Positions 12,880 through 24,637 of a stretch of DNA of 64,000 bases are shown one piece after another. The DNA is from Lingula anatina. Lineage: Eukaryota; Animalia; Brachiopoda. Location: assembly GCA_051362555.1 (NCBI GenBank), contig CM120644.1, positions 15,956,534 to 16,020,533 of the forward strand. Reading direction: 5' to 3'. Position numbers and translations under genes: made by a program. The notes beneath the pieces were generated by a model. That model saw only the letters and a program-made list of their open reading frames with translations, did no database searches and had not been told where the DNA came from. Each line of letters starts with the position of its first letter. The first letter of the stretch is position 1.

Positions 12880-15070
12880 GCTCACTTGTTAACGCAAGTT
12901 AATTCAAGTTTACCGCACCAACCACCAATGAACTACGGAAGCCAGATGTCTAGATGCCTAGACATCTGTAATTGGCTTAATTAGTAAACTCCAAACGCCA
13001 TGGCCATGGCTGCCAATATACCAAAGTCAGACAGGTTCATGTAAGTATGGAGGTTAAAAAATGATGAAGTTTACAGGCATTGGAGTGAACATAGTATAAT
13101 TTCTATTAGTCAAAACAATCACATATGAACGAATTTAACATAGCAATAGTGACTGAAACTGCATTTTACAGTGCAAACTGTCCATCGTGTGAGTTAACAT
13201 CATTCTTACATAACTTTATCTGCCTTTTATCTATTTTTCATTCGTTAGGTAGATCATGTTACGATTTATCCAATGCTGTAAATCTCCACCCCTATCGGTA
13301 TACCCAGTGGCAGATTTAGGGGTGGGTGTCAGGGGAGTCCTGACCCCCCCCCCCCCTTCGATGTCTGAAAAAATCACACCATTGGTCCCCTCTTGAAATT
13401 AGAATTTTCACTAGCTGAACCATAGTTCAAAACCTTACCAAATGGCACCAAATGGTCCACCGAAGGGCCCCGAACCCAACCCCCTTCAAATAATCCTGGA
13501 TCCGCCCCTGGGCAGACCGATATGGCAGGTGTGGCAGATATTGTCCGCTAGGAACCGTAGTCCATTTCCCATTATTACTTTGTACAGGGGACATTCGTCC
13601 AATACCACGACTAACCCTAACCTGTACAAATCACATGGGATCCTTGACTTCCATTCCTAGGACTACCATTCCTGTCACACCATGTAAATTTATAATCACT
13701 GTGATCAGTTTATTTAAGATGAACGACAACTTGTTTTTTTATGGGAGTAAGTGCCAGAGTGAATGGTGTTACGGCGATGCCATAGACCCCATTTACAGAG
13801 ATTAGATCGATCTACTTTAGATCGACCTAACCCTCTGGGGGTTCACGCTAAATAGCTGTCAGTCGGGCGGACACGAAAGTTAATTACCCCCTTACAGCTT
13901 GTAGTAGGCGGGACGGACATTTAAGCTGGATTATGTGACAGTAATCTAGTGAGACTCCCCGCGGGGATAGATCGATCTAAAAGCTCTGGGAATACAGCCA
14001 TGTGGGGAACAAGAAACTTACCTTACACATGATTTTGCGCAATGTCTGCTCATATCCATCAAATATTATGATACGTGCGTCACGGTTCTGCAATTGAAAA
14101 AAAAATCGGTGAATAGTTTGTAGCGGATTCTGAAACAAATGTGAAATGACACGCTGAACAGTTTCTTTTGCTTTGTATTTCTCCCCGTGGAAACCTAACA
14201 GATATGCACGTTGATGTAATATTGGAGTGGGTAAATCTTATCTCTTGCTATACAAGTATATTAAGGAGAACTATTGGCAAAATAACCTTCGTTCTTGAAA
14301 CAATGTTCATTATATTCATTACTTTATGTTGATGTGAGAAACTGACAGCAAGTTCATCAAATCACTTACACGCACATCCCTTTACGTCATAATTATCACA
14401 CTATCTAGAAGTTAAAACAGCTTCTTCATTTTCAAAGCTCCGAATCAATAAAATTCCCATTTCACTATCGTGGAGGTACTTCGCAGACATTTATGTGAAG
14501 ATGTGAAAATGAAGAACCTGCTCGTGACGTACGTACGTCTATGAAACTGGGGCGAAAAATATCAAGTAGGGGCGTTGTGCTTAAAGGCAATCTTAGGTTG
14601 AAAATATATACATATATACATAAATGAAAATTATCAGACACGAGCCGAAAATCTTTCATACTGTTAGCTTACGGTCAACCTGGGTGTAGGCCTTCATCAG
14701 ACTGATATGTGAGATCTGTTTACCGTAAGCTTCATTTGTAATCCAACTACCAAGCAAATGAATATTTTTGCTCATCTAACATGTAGAATCTTCTCTATTT
14801 TCTAAATTTCCATCTCCATATTAATAAGATTTCTACTTCACTATCATATCAATGGGGCGTTTCTCAGTAATTGCCGTAAGACGTGAAAATGAAGAGCTTG
14901 TCCGTGACGTCAGTGAAACTTGGATGAAAACAGAATGACAACTTCCATATTGATAAAAATCCTGCTTCATTGTCAATGAGGCACTTCTCAGCAGTATGTA
15001 TCAAAATGAGAATATGGAAAAGACAACTGTGAAACTTGGGTTAGTTATGAAAGGGGAGAAGGAGGTAGAG

Positions 15071-15101
<31 letters not shown>

Positions 15102-17372
15102 CTAGGAAGGAAGATTTTGGGTCCTAGGTATGTTTGTTAGTGTGTTTGTATGTATGTTTGCTACAGCGTGCCTTCAAATCCTGCATCTGCACGTCGGAGA
15201 GTTCGCCGCCCTCGTCAATGGTGTGGTAGGCAATGTTCTCTATGCCGCTGCGTTTAAAAAGCTCGTGAAGAGTTATCAGGCCCTGAAAAGTGGGTAAAAA
15301 ATGTTTTAAATTATAATTTATTAAAAACGTGATTTGAAGTTGTTGTTTTTGTTTTTTTTTCAAAATTCTTAGATACTACATTTATGTTAAAATAACAAAT
15401 GGACGACGAAGAAGAATTTAATTGATATAAAATTGATATAGCGTATTCAAATCAGTGATAGACCTTCATAATTGCTAAAGGATAAATTCTTAGCTATCAA
15501 ACGACATTTTACATTATTATCAAAGGCCATTTTACAAGACAAAGAAATTAATTTAACACCATGTTGTTTTTTTACAAAAATCGTATTTTTTCACACCTCT
15601 TCACATTTGTACCCAATGGTGGCCACCCGTTTCCACTTAAAATAGTTTATGATGAATTTATATCCTATGAAGTGCGACAACATTGTTGGTATGTTTCTCC
15701 AAAACGTCCGATAGATGTCTCTTCTTGATAGTTTGATTCGCGCTGCGGCGTATGATATCTGGAATAATTAATGATTGGTGTTAAATTCATGTCGCGAAAA
15801 AAAAAAAAGAAAGAAAAAGAAAAGAAAAAACATATGGTATGAACGGAATTAGAACATGCGAGGCAGCATTGTACTTTTATGTTGTTGCCTTCCTTTTTCA
15901 GGGGCGGATCCAGGGCTATTTTCTGACAGTCTTCCAAATTATATTTGTTGATCCATCTTCTATTTTTGACCGTCTTCCGACAGAAAAAGAATAGATACCC
16001 GTCAGTGTAAACTTGAAAATCTGACCGTCTTCCGGAAGACCCAGAAGACGGCCTCAATCCGCCCCTGTTTTTTTATCCGATATCTTTATTCAGGAAATTG
16101 TTTTTCCTTCTGCGCACGTCACATGTGAGTCAAATATCTCATGCGTTCTTCTCAATTCTGTCTTATGGGTCATTCGGATTGACAATACATTCAACAAAGC
16201 GAACTATTTTACACCACGCGGGAGTAATTCGATTAGAGACTCGGTCAATTCAACAGAGCTAACTAACAGTAAACAGCTAGAATCTGATTGAAAAATCTGT
16301 ACGGAGGTAAAGGATACGTATTCGCATGTCTCTGACCTCCGATAACTTAAATCCAGATGGTCCTGTACTGAATAGTTTTGAATTAACTAGGTTCCGATCA
16401 ATTACAAGTTCAACCAAAACACAGACAGACAGACATTTCCCATTCGACTTTGCGTGATTCCTAGCGGTATTCCAATAGATTTAACAACAATATTCAAATA
16501 CTACCTATAGCGGCACGAAGCATCACATTTTGAAATCCAGCCACTCTGAAATAATAACAGTATATCAAGCCTACTTTCTTCGTTTGTTGTTTTTTTTTTT
16601 TTTTCTTTTTTCTCATCTTCTTCATAAATTTTCTTTTAGAAAATATTCAGAACTCTCATAAAATTACGTAAGAGTGCGTGCTCTTATCTCTTGCTCTCAT
16701 TGTGCATGTGGACAAGAATAACATCTTATTAAGTCCAGCCACTAAATATGTGCGTATATGACCATTAAAATATAGCCAAAAATTAACTTTCCAGGAAAAT
16801 TCAATAGTTATCCCTCAATTACCTAAGTATGATCTTCCAAAACCGCCGCTGAAATAATTTTGACGATAGCCTTATTTTACAGCTCTTAAATTCAAATTTG
16901 CACGTGCTGTTACGAGTGAAATTCACGAGGCTCAACCTCAATAACTAGAGTGTCCCACAAATTAGAAACTTAGAACCCAAAAAATCATATCCTGACTTCG
17001 TCAACGTGTTAAAATTCGTACATTTACCTCAACGGTACAAAAACCCTTCAACACTACAAAATTCTCATTGATAAATCTCCAATTACATTTTTTTCGTGGC
17101 ATAAACATAATCCCGTAAAACGACCCTATTAGTACACTTACTTGAACAAGATTGAAAAATGGCGATGTTTGTGCAGTGGCCTGGGTGGAAACACTGCAGC
17201 CTCCTCCGATCACCATGATCTTCTGTGGCGGTTGTTGGAGCATCTTTGCTAAGGCTGCGGCGGCCACGCCTTCGTTACACTGAAACAGGAAATAAGACAT
17301 CTCAAAAGGCGAGACCAGAAAACCATTGAATATAATACAATAATGAATGATACATAAATAGTTTTTGAGTAT

Positions 17373-17403
<31 letters not shown>

Positions 17404-19889
17404 TAGTTATTCGTTAATTACTATACAGCATTGGTCAAAAAGGTTGTCCCACCCCCATTTACATGTACTTTTATTTACAAATGATCACCTAACAGCTGTT
17501 AATTGTTAGAAATAGTGTTTTTTATTACGTATACCGTGTCTAACATGATTAATGGTTAAAAAAATACAAAATAGTGGTGAAAATATACACATTTTATACC
17601 ATTTAGTAAAATTTATAAGAGGTACCCCCTCGAATCGACTGTTTCACTGTGACTTCTAAAGATGTATAGAAATGACTATAAAATTGAAAAGAAGCCATCA
17701 AATGTCACCAAATTCACACACAATTAGCATTAAGGTGTGCTCATTAAAGATCACGTGCCTAACAGCGTGTGCGACTACCGCGTACTGCAATTATTTCCTG
17801 TAGACGGCGCGACAAGCCTTCAACACGGGTTACAATTCTGTTTTGTGGGATATTGTCCCATTCTTCTTAAACAAGTTGGGGGAGCTGGTCCACGTTTTTA
17901 TGGGGTTGGTTCTCCTTTGCATTGCACACTCCAATACATGTCACAGTTGATTAGTAAGTTTGATATCAGGGCTCAAAGATGGTGGTTCCATCCTTAGACC
18001 ATTATGTTTCTTCAACAAACAGTTGCCAGGCGAGAGGTGTGAGCAAGTGTGCAGTCATGATAAAGCCTGGAGTTAACCCCAAAGTCAGTTCTTGAAGATG
18101 GAATGAGATATCAGCTGAGAATGCTATGTTCAGTGATCCCACAGGCACCTGAACCTGGCCATCCATCACTGGAAGGAAGTTGATTTTGATGCAGAATCAA
18201 ATTATTTCTTGTATCCCATCGATGGTCAAAGAGGGTCCATAGACATGTTAAAAAATGCCTCTTGGAAGGGTGTGTGCAGGATAATATCGCCTGAGGTGTT
18301 AGATCAATCCGGCTTTGGAGAACATTCCAAACCCATGGTATTAGAACATTGTTCCTTTTGGAACAAAACGTAACAGGGGCATTTTGATGTAATATTCTCA
18401 ACAAAAATCACTCCATTTGCAAGAGGTGACTTCAGGGATACTACTGGCTTCATTGTGACGACGCACTTGCTCACAGCTCTCGTCTGGCAAACGATTTGTT
18501 GCAGAAACACAGGGCTCTGAGGATGGGACAACCGTCTTTGAGTCCTGATATTAACCCTACTGAGCACCTGTGGCATAAATTGGAATGTGCATTGCAGAGG
18601 AGAACCAATTCCTAAATAATCTTGACCAATTCCGCCACGCTCTTTAGGATGAATGGGACAATATCCCACATAACAGAATTGTTACCCATGTTGAAGGCTT
18701 GTCGCGCCGTCTACAGGAGATAATTGCAGTACGCGGTAGACGCACACGCTGTTAGGCACGTGATCTTTAATGAGCACACCTTAATGCTAATTGTGTGTGA
18801 ATTTGGTGACATTTGATGGCTTCTTTTCAATTTTATAGTCATTTCTATACATCTTTAGAAGTCACAGTGAAACAGTCGATTTGAGGGGGTACCTCTTATA
18901 AATTTTACTAAATGGTATAAAATGTGTATATTTTCACCACTATTTTGTATTTTTTTTTAACCATTAATCATGTTATACATGGTATCCGTAATAAAAAGCA
19001 CTATTTCTAACAGTTCCCAGCTGTGAGGTGATCATTTGTAAATAAAAGTACATGGAAATGGGGGTGGGACAACCTTTTTGACCAATGCTGTATAAAAAAA
19101 CTTTTATTTATTTATTTATTTATTCATGTGATCAACCAACTGTGCAAATTTTAAACTACATCACCAAAAGAAACTGAAGAAACAAAATATGAAGATCAAC
19201 TTACTCATCAGGAAAACCACATCGTCATTTCAATATCACGCATATTGAATATTAAAGGAAATAAAAAACAATAAAGGGAAGCAAACCTTAGTGTCCATTA
19301 GCACGTAGTCCACATAGAACCCTGGCAGCACGGAGTCATTCTTATTGACGTCGTAAATGGCCAGCTCAAGAGCGGGGTTGATCCCAGCGCTATTATAGCC
19401 TTCTACCACATCGATCTCCGAAAAGATGGCCAAGGTAATGTTTCGCATCTTAACGGGTGTTCGAGTACTGTTTTCCTCGAAGGTTTTCGTCTTCCTTGTT
19501 GGTGCCATAGGTGAAAGTGTGCCCGACATCGGACTGCTGTTTGGCGTGGTGTTTGCCTTGATTCGACTTGATGTTATCTCCACCAACGAAGTTGAAGCCG
19601 AAGTCACCTCCGTCGTCTGTCCTAGATTTTGGAGGTTTACACGTGCACCCCTCGTCCTCTGGGTACTGGATGTTACATCGTCAGGATCATCGAGGGAACC
19701 GTCTGGCGTTAAAACGTTGGCTTTGGGCATAACATCTTCATCTGTAACGCTAGCAATGGTTTCAGTCCTATCTGCGGACGTTGGAAATGTTGTTGGCGTT
19801 ACGCTTGTAATGTTTAAAGACAAGGACCCGATTATACACAGCGAACACAAGACGACGCCAATGGCGATTGCTTTGCCTGCTGGCAACAT
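4049..19889 (-). CDS. GABA-B-receptor-like class C GPCR, paralog A (17 coding exons, ~1017 aa): signal peptide, Ser/Thr-rich stalk, Venus flytrap domain, 7TM, C-tail
   Basis: Exons read manually with consistent phases: 19287-19889, 17142-17279, 15597-15758, 15172-15282 (GC donor), 14022-14087, 12563-12757, 11940-12083, 11251-11382, 10663-10726, 10218-10298, 9404-9554, 8738-8870, 7880-7990, 6987-7109, 5893-6059, 5125-5284, 4049-4561; sum 3054 nt. GABA-B family motifs: MDTKC, GGGCSVST, WKRVATI, DARIII, GYDAIWA, TNFTGMTG, IKLSSPNLNN, FGAMFAKTWRVY, LAFETRKV..ELNDSKYLGMCIYN, LLFVPK. No cysteine-rich domain between VFT and TM1, as in GABA-B and unlike mGluR/CaSR. Confidence 0.93.
4863..5115. mobile_element. 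Palindromic MITE in intron 16 of paralog A
   Basis: Inverted arms GGATCGTTCCATCTCCAAGGGGTTTCTCG (from 4891) and CGAGAAACCCCTTGGAGATGGATCGATCC (to 5082); related GATCGATC-type elements at ~9575, ~31708-31975 and ~58216-58452. Confidence 0.6.
6085..6236. mobile_element. Small MITE with GGCCGCATT termini (PIF/Harbinger-like)
   Basis: GGCCGCATTAAGAACTGTGGA / TCCACTGTTTTGAATGCGGCC; flanks TTA/TCA. Confidence 0.55.
6469..6837. mobile_element. Palindromic MITE (PIF/Harbinger-like) with ~133-bp arms
   Basis: Arms 6469-6602 and 6636-6769 are near-perfect inverted repeats; an extra right terminus TTGTGAATGCGATC ends at 6837; TAA at 6466-68 and 6838-40. Confidence 0.75.
7346..7512. mobile_element. MITE with CAGGGGCGGA termini and 5-bp TSD (hAT5-like)
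   Basis: TIR CAGGGGCGGA/TCCGCCCCTG; GTGGA duplicated on both sides; family copies at 15899-16067 and, degenerate, ~11400-11560. Confidence 0.72.
10501..10548. repeat. (TA)n microsatellite
   Basis: Direct reading; others at ~37924-37978 and ~62453-62491. Confidence 0.9.
13305..13510. mobile_element. MITE with CAGTGGC(A/G)GAT...ATCCGCCCCTG termini
   Basis: Aligns with 23690-23958 (shared tctgaaaaaatcacacca, gggcccccgaacc and ccccttcaaataatcctggatccgcccc blocks). Confidence 0.62.
13785..13999. mobile_element. Second copy of the 38975-39190 MITE, next to exon 5 of paralog A
   Basis: Aligns end to end with 38975-39190 with few mismatches. Confidence 0.7.
15899..16067. mobile_element. MITE, same family as 7346-7512 (inverted)
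   Basis: CAGGGGCGGAT...ATCCGCCCCTG between TTTTT flanks; shares the internal GAAGAC/GTCTTC motifs. Confidence 0.7.
17426..19090. mobile_element. Non-autonomous Tc1-derived foldback element (1665 bp) in intron 1 of paralog A
   Basis: TA flanks at 17424-25 and 19091-92; ends CAGCATTGGTCAAAAAGGTTGTCCCACCCC; near-identical inverted arms ~17426-17863 and ~18651-19090; degenerate transposase C-terminus inside. Confidence 0.9.
18451..18615 (+). pseudogene. Degenerate Tc1 (DD34E) transposase fragment
   Basis: HCDDALAHSSRL...QPSLSPDINPTEHLWHKL matches Tc1 QDNAxxH...WPxxSPDLNPIEHLW; D-to-E spacing is 34. Confidence 0.8.
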
Positions 19890-20952
19890 CACAGAAACGC
19901 ATTGAGATAACGTACTGATGAGATGATTGTCTGCAAAATTATCTTATACACTGCCCGCATCTAACCATGCAGAGGCAGAAGCGCCAAGCACACTGACGCA
20001 GAAGCGATGTCCGAGAATATGTCTAAGAATGTCAATTAAAGCGGTAGCTCTCGTAGAAAACGTGTTGCTTTTGTTCCCGTGGACAAAAGATTGCCCGGTC
20101 AATTCTGATTGGCAGTTAGTCAGATGATAAAGCCACCGATTGCCCTGACATTTGGGAAATGCAGTTTATACACGACGTGCCTTACCTTGTAAGCATATGG
20201 GTGTCACGTGATCGGATAGCTTGGATTGAGCCCTTGCTGTAATAAAGCACAAATATTGGTAATCATCGGAATATTAAAATCATTATTTGAGATAATCAAA
20301 GATTGTGGTTGTTATGTATAATCACTATAATCGTCGAACAAACGATTCCGAGATTTTGCATCGGCTTTAATTTCGTCTTCGTTTTGCTTCGGCTAAATAA
20401 CTTTCTCTTCGTTGGAGGATTCAGACGTTTTTTGTTTCAATTTTATGAAAGGAATATTTATATCGCAGTCTGCAACATCCGTATCAGTATTCCGATGAGG
20501 CATTTATGATTGATTGTTTGCTGGAGGTCATAAAATAAGATTCTGGTTGTAATCAGCATTGTCGCTGAATAGAGGCTGTATGGAGTATGTATGAGATGTG
20601 TAAAAGTGCGTAGTTGTGTGATAAAGCAGATCATGTAGTGCTTATGTGACAATTTACCGTATTGCCATCATTTCCATGATATTAGCACGTTTTTCATATA
20701 GCATAAATGACGCAAATGGGGTCCAGAAATAATTATTCATTTCACACGCATGCCGAAATCGTTATGGTAGAAGTCAATTCAATATTAGATATTGCTTTTC
20801 CGCAATACAGATACTGTTCGCAGAAATTAACTTTGAATGTATCTGTAATTGTTTTCTCTCGTTTTTGTCAGGGTTTCTATGAGAGATATCAACCTGACGA
20901 ATTAGATTCCAAGCATCCCTTTTGTTCTAAACACACCAAGTGGAATACTTAA

Positions 20953-21288
20953 AGGGATAATTACTCTTCGTACGAGATCTATATTTCACAATAAAAACAT
21001 TGTGAACAACTCATAAAAATATAATATATTCTGTTGTACTACAAAAAAACGGCAGTTATAGCTATTATTCTGATATCTGAGCTTGTCTTTAGACCATATG
21101 ACCTCCATTGATGGCTATACTCTGTTAAAATCTCTTAAGAGATTATAACAAAAAAGCCAACCTTTTTTTAAACAAGGGACTAACTTTGAATGTAAAAATG
21201 GATTCATTAACCATTTGTTAGTATGGGAAAATTGTTGTTTAATCCAGGAAAATTCATTTTTTGGCCGAAACGAAGAGTTATTATCCCT
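20953..21288. mobile_element. TTAA-targeting MITE (Kolobok-like ends)
   Basis: TTAA on both sides; 19-bp TIR AGGGATAAT(T/A)ACTCTTCGT; a second copy lies at 57122-57465. Confidence 0.75.
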
Positions 21289-22196
21289 TTAAGCGATACA
21301 TTATGTACCGATATGACAGGAATGGTAGTCCTAGGAATGGAAGTCCAGGGTCCCATATGATAAGCACAGGTCAGGATTAGTCGTGGTATTGGAGTAAGCT
21401 TTTTGGACGAATGTCACCTGTACAAAGTTATGGGGTTCCTAGCGGAAAACAATTCCTGTCACACCGATAAACTTTGAGATTTTGACAACGTAAAGGAGTC
21501 GCCTAAACGGAACTTCCGCACTCCAAACGACCAATTAACTACCAACATGACAGGAGATAAACTGATTGAGAACTTGTAAAAGGGGGTACAATTAACCCAC
21601 TGTAGCGCAATTGTATTCATCTCTTAAAAGACCTCTTTAAGTGTACCGGTATAAACTGTAAGGCTAATGAATGCCACTCGAGCGCTCTCGACTACGTGAT
21701 AGACACATGGTGGACATGAAAATTCATTAATTTATAATAAGAACCGAAGACACAGCTTGGGTTTTCGTTACATTATTGGACACACATCAATGCAATACTG
21801 ATTATACATTGAGTAGAGACCAACAACACCTTTACTTTCATTCAGCGTTTTCCGAACATAATTGTTTCTCAAATATGTTGGGGTATTGTGGAATACAGAT
21901 TCATAAAAATGCTCTTTGAAAATGAAAGCAGTTTGTGTTCTTATAACAAATTAAAACATTCAACTCATAGCTGCAAATATACACCGTTAATATCAGGAGG
22001 ATAACTCAACTGAAATTAATTTAAAAGCACTTGAGATATGGCGATGATGTACAATATGAATGAAAAGTTATATTAAAATGTTATAATAATAGAAGAACAC
22101 GAAAACTACGGGTTACAGGGTAAGTGCATCATGTCAATTTTTGAAACAAATTTCAACATATCTGCTGAATTTTCTATTGCTGAGATGGTAGATTAC

Positions 22197-22198
<2 letters not shown>

Positions 22199-22227
<29 letters not shown>

Positions 22228-22900
22228 CTACTTACCTCTAAAGTCCACTTGAGAACTTGCAGTTCTAAAACTTCTAGGTCTCAACACACGGTTTCCATCC
22301 CTTTGCTCACCAATCTTTGGTAATCCAGACTGGAAAATGAAACTAAGAATTACCTCGTACTTTTCGTGTATTTAATTTGAATGTAGAGCGCTTTGTGGTG
22401 TATTCACATTAAATGTAAATACCTAGGTAAACAACACTTCTGTTCAATAAGGAGACTAATTGGTCCCCAATGATGCCCCGCTTACGACACGAGCTAGTGT
22501 TTGCAACCTTTTACACTTCAATTAGGTATATTAGACATGGAAAACTTAACCCACAAGCACGTTTATTCCGTCGTAATAAGTGCCAAATATGATTGTTTCG
22601 TCGTATTTTCATCAGGCCACGACACCACCAATAGCGATATTTATGGATAGTTGACACCTCAAACGAGTGCGTCAATTTCTTGCAATGTTTCAATTATCAA
22701 GGGTTTAACAAATGCGATGTTGTCCGTAATTTTGTTCCTCCTTAATTTACGGATAACTGTAAATTACCTGTGAGTTGCTCTTCAGATCTAGTTGACACCG
22801 TAAACGAATGCGACAGTTGCTTGCAATGTTCCTATTGTCAACACTTTCATAAATACGGTGTTGTCGGGGTGATTCTGTCTCTCCTTTATTTTCCGATAAA
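22199..22900 (-). mobile_element. Possible highly degenerate non-LTR (LINE) remnant
   Basis: Weak GVxxGxxLGP-like RT motif near 22462-22490 and a (TAT)n tract at the putative 3' end; no ORF. Confidence 0.25.
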
Positions 22901-23689
22901 TCTAAATTTTCTGTGAATTGCTCCTGTTGAATCTATTCGATCCTATAACATCAGAGACAACTTGAACACATAAAAAGTTATTTCAATTCTGATTTGCTAT
23001 ATTGTATTACTATTGTTTGAGTTACATTGTACTCCAGTGTTATTGTCTGTTCCCAACAAATCCATAAAATTAAAAGGGCGTTTAAATATTCGTGTTGCAA
23101 TGAACAGTGGGTATTGTTGCTGACAAGCATGTGCGACTGCGTGCTTCAGTATGTTTCATTGTACTTGTACGCTCGACCCAAAAAGTTCGGAAAATCGACA
23201 TTTTGAATAATTATAAAATAACCATATGAGACAAGGTAAATACTTTAACTACATATGACGGATAAAACAACCACCATTCGTTACTTTTTTACGCGCACTG
23301 GACAATAGAACTAATACTTTGGTGGAGATAAATGACTGTGGAATGATATGTTGCTGGTATCATTTTATTAAAATCAAATTTCACAAAAAGACCAACAATA
23401 CAATTCCATGGTACAGCGGTTTTATACTCATTAGTCACATTATAAGTAGACCAGGCATTATAACTTTGATTACCCTGGTTCAGGGGGTGACACTTCTATT
23501 GTCCAGCGTGTGTATGTAAGCACTGGAGATTTACCCACTACATATGCACATAATTCTTAATTATTGAAAAACAACTCCATCTTTCCGAACATTTTTGGTC
23601 AAGTGTTAGACTATGTATATCGGTGCTCGTTCTTCACTCTCAAAATATCCTTATCTGACGTCAGTTCGTCTTTCTGCGACGTCAGTTCT

Positions 23690-23958
23690 CAGTGGCGGAT
23701 TTTAGGGGAGGGTGTCAAAGGAGTCCTAACCCCCCTCCCCCCTTTGATTTCTGAAAAAAATCACACCAATGGTCACCTCTTGGAAGTTGAATTTTGACTA
23801 GATGAATCATAGTTCTAAACCGTACAAATGGCACTGTTGTCCTTAAAAAATACCAAAAAATTAGGGGCCCTTCAGCGGGCCCCGAACCCCACGCCTTGGG
23901 TGGGAGTTCAGCTTCGCATCCGTGGGTCCCCCTTCAAATAATCCTGGATCCGCCCCCG
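23690..23958. mobile_element. MITE, same family as 13305-13510
   Basis: CAGTGGCGGAT...ATCCGCCCCCG; flanks GTTCT/GTTCA. Confidence 0.65.
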
Positions 23959-24457
23959 GTTCATCTTTCTTCTTCTCTTCATCTGTCAACAGCTGTTCTA
24001 GGGAAGGTCACCCTGGGCCACATACACCCCCCTCCCTGTTTCGGAGCCCCCCCCCCCCCCACTCTCCCTTCCTCCTCACCAAAAAAATGGATAAATATTC
24101 AATGCAACAAGACATAATCCTAAGCAATTCGCATCTCAGCGTTACCCTATGCTGTATAAGTACATTGAAATATCTTTTCCCCGTCTACTTTTTCTTATTT
24201 TTTGAATCTCTGTGACGTCCCCTCCCCATTGGCAAAATCCATGCAGGGTATCCGCTTATGTCGGTTAATCGAATGTAATGTAAAACTTCGTTTGTTGCAT
24301 TGTGAGCTGCCCGCAATCGTCCTTGTAATTGCCAGCTGGCCTCACGTGTTTCTCGAGCGCCTGAGAAAAACGTGAAGCCATTTTCTGAGACAATGTTTGC
24401 AGGAGTGGCGACGATTCAACTGAATGCGTTTTGCTCTTTCTCCCTCGATAACTGTCC

Positions 24458-24460
<3 letters not shown>

Positions 24461-24492
<32 letters not shown>

Positions 24493-24637
24493 CGTGTTTG
24501 TTTATGTGTGTGTGTGCGCGTGTTTGTTTATATGTGTGTGTGTGTGTGTGTAGTCGATGTTGATAAAGTACTTTACATAGATTATCTTCTTGGAGCATTC
24601 TTGGAAAATGCTCTCTCTCTCTCTCTCTCTCTCTCTC
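24461..24637. repeat. Compound (GT)n / (CT)n microsatellite
   Basis: Direct reading. Confidence 0.85.

Noticed and set aside
19426-19905. Plus-strand ORFs opposite receptor exons and the retrotransposon ORF (e.g. 19426-19905, 49797-50252)
   Set aside because: Antisense shadows of real coding sequence.
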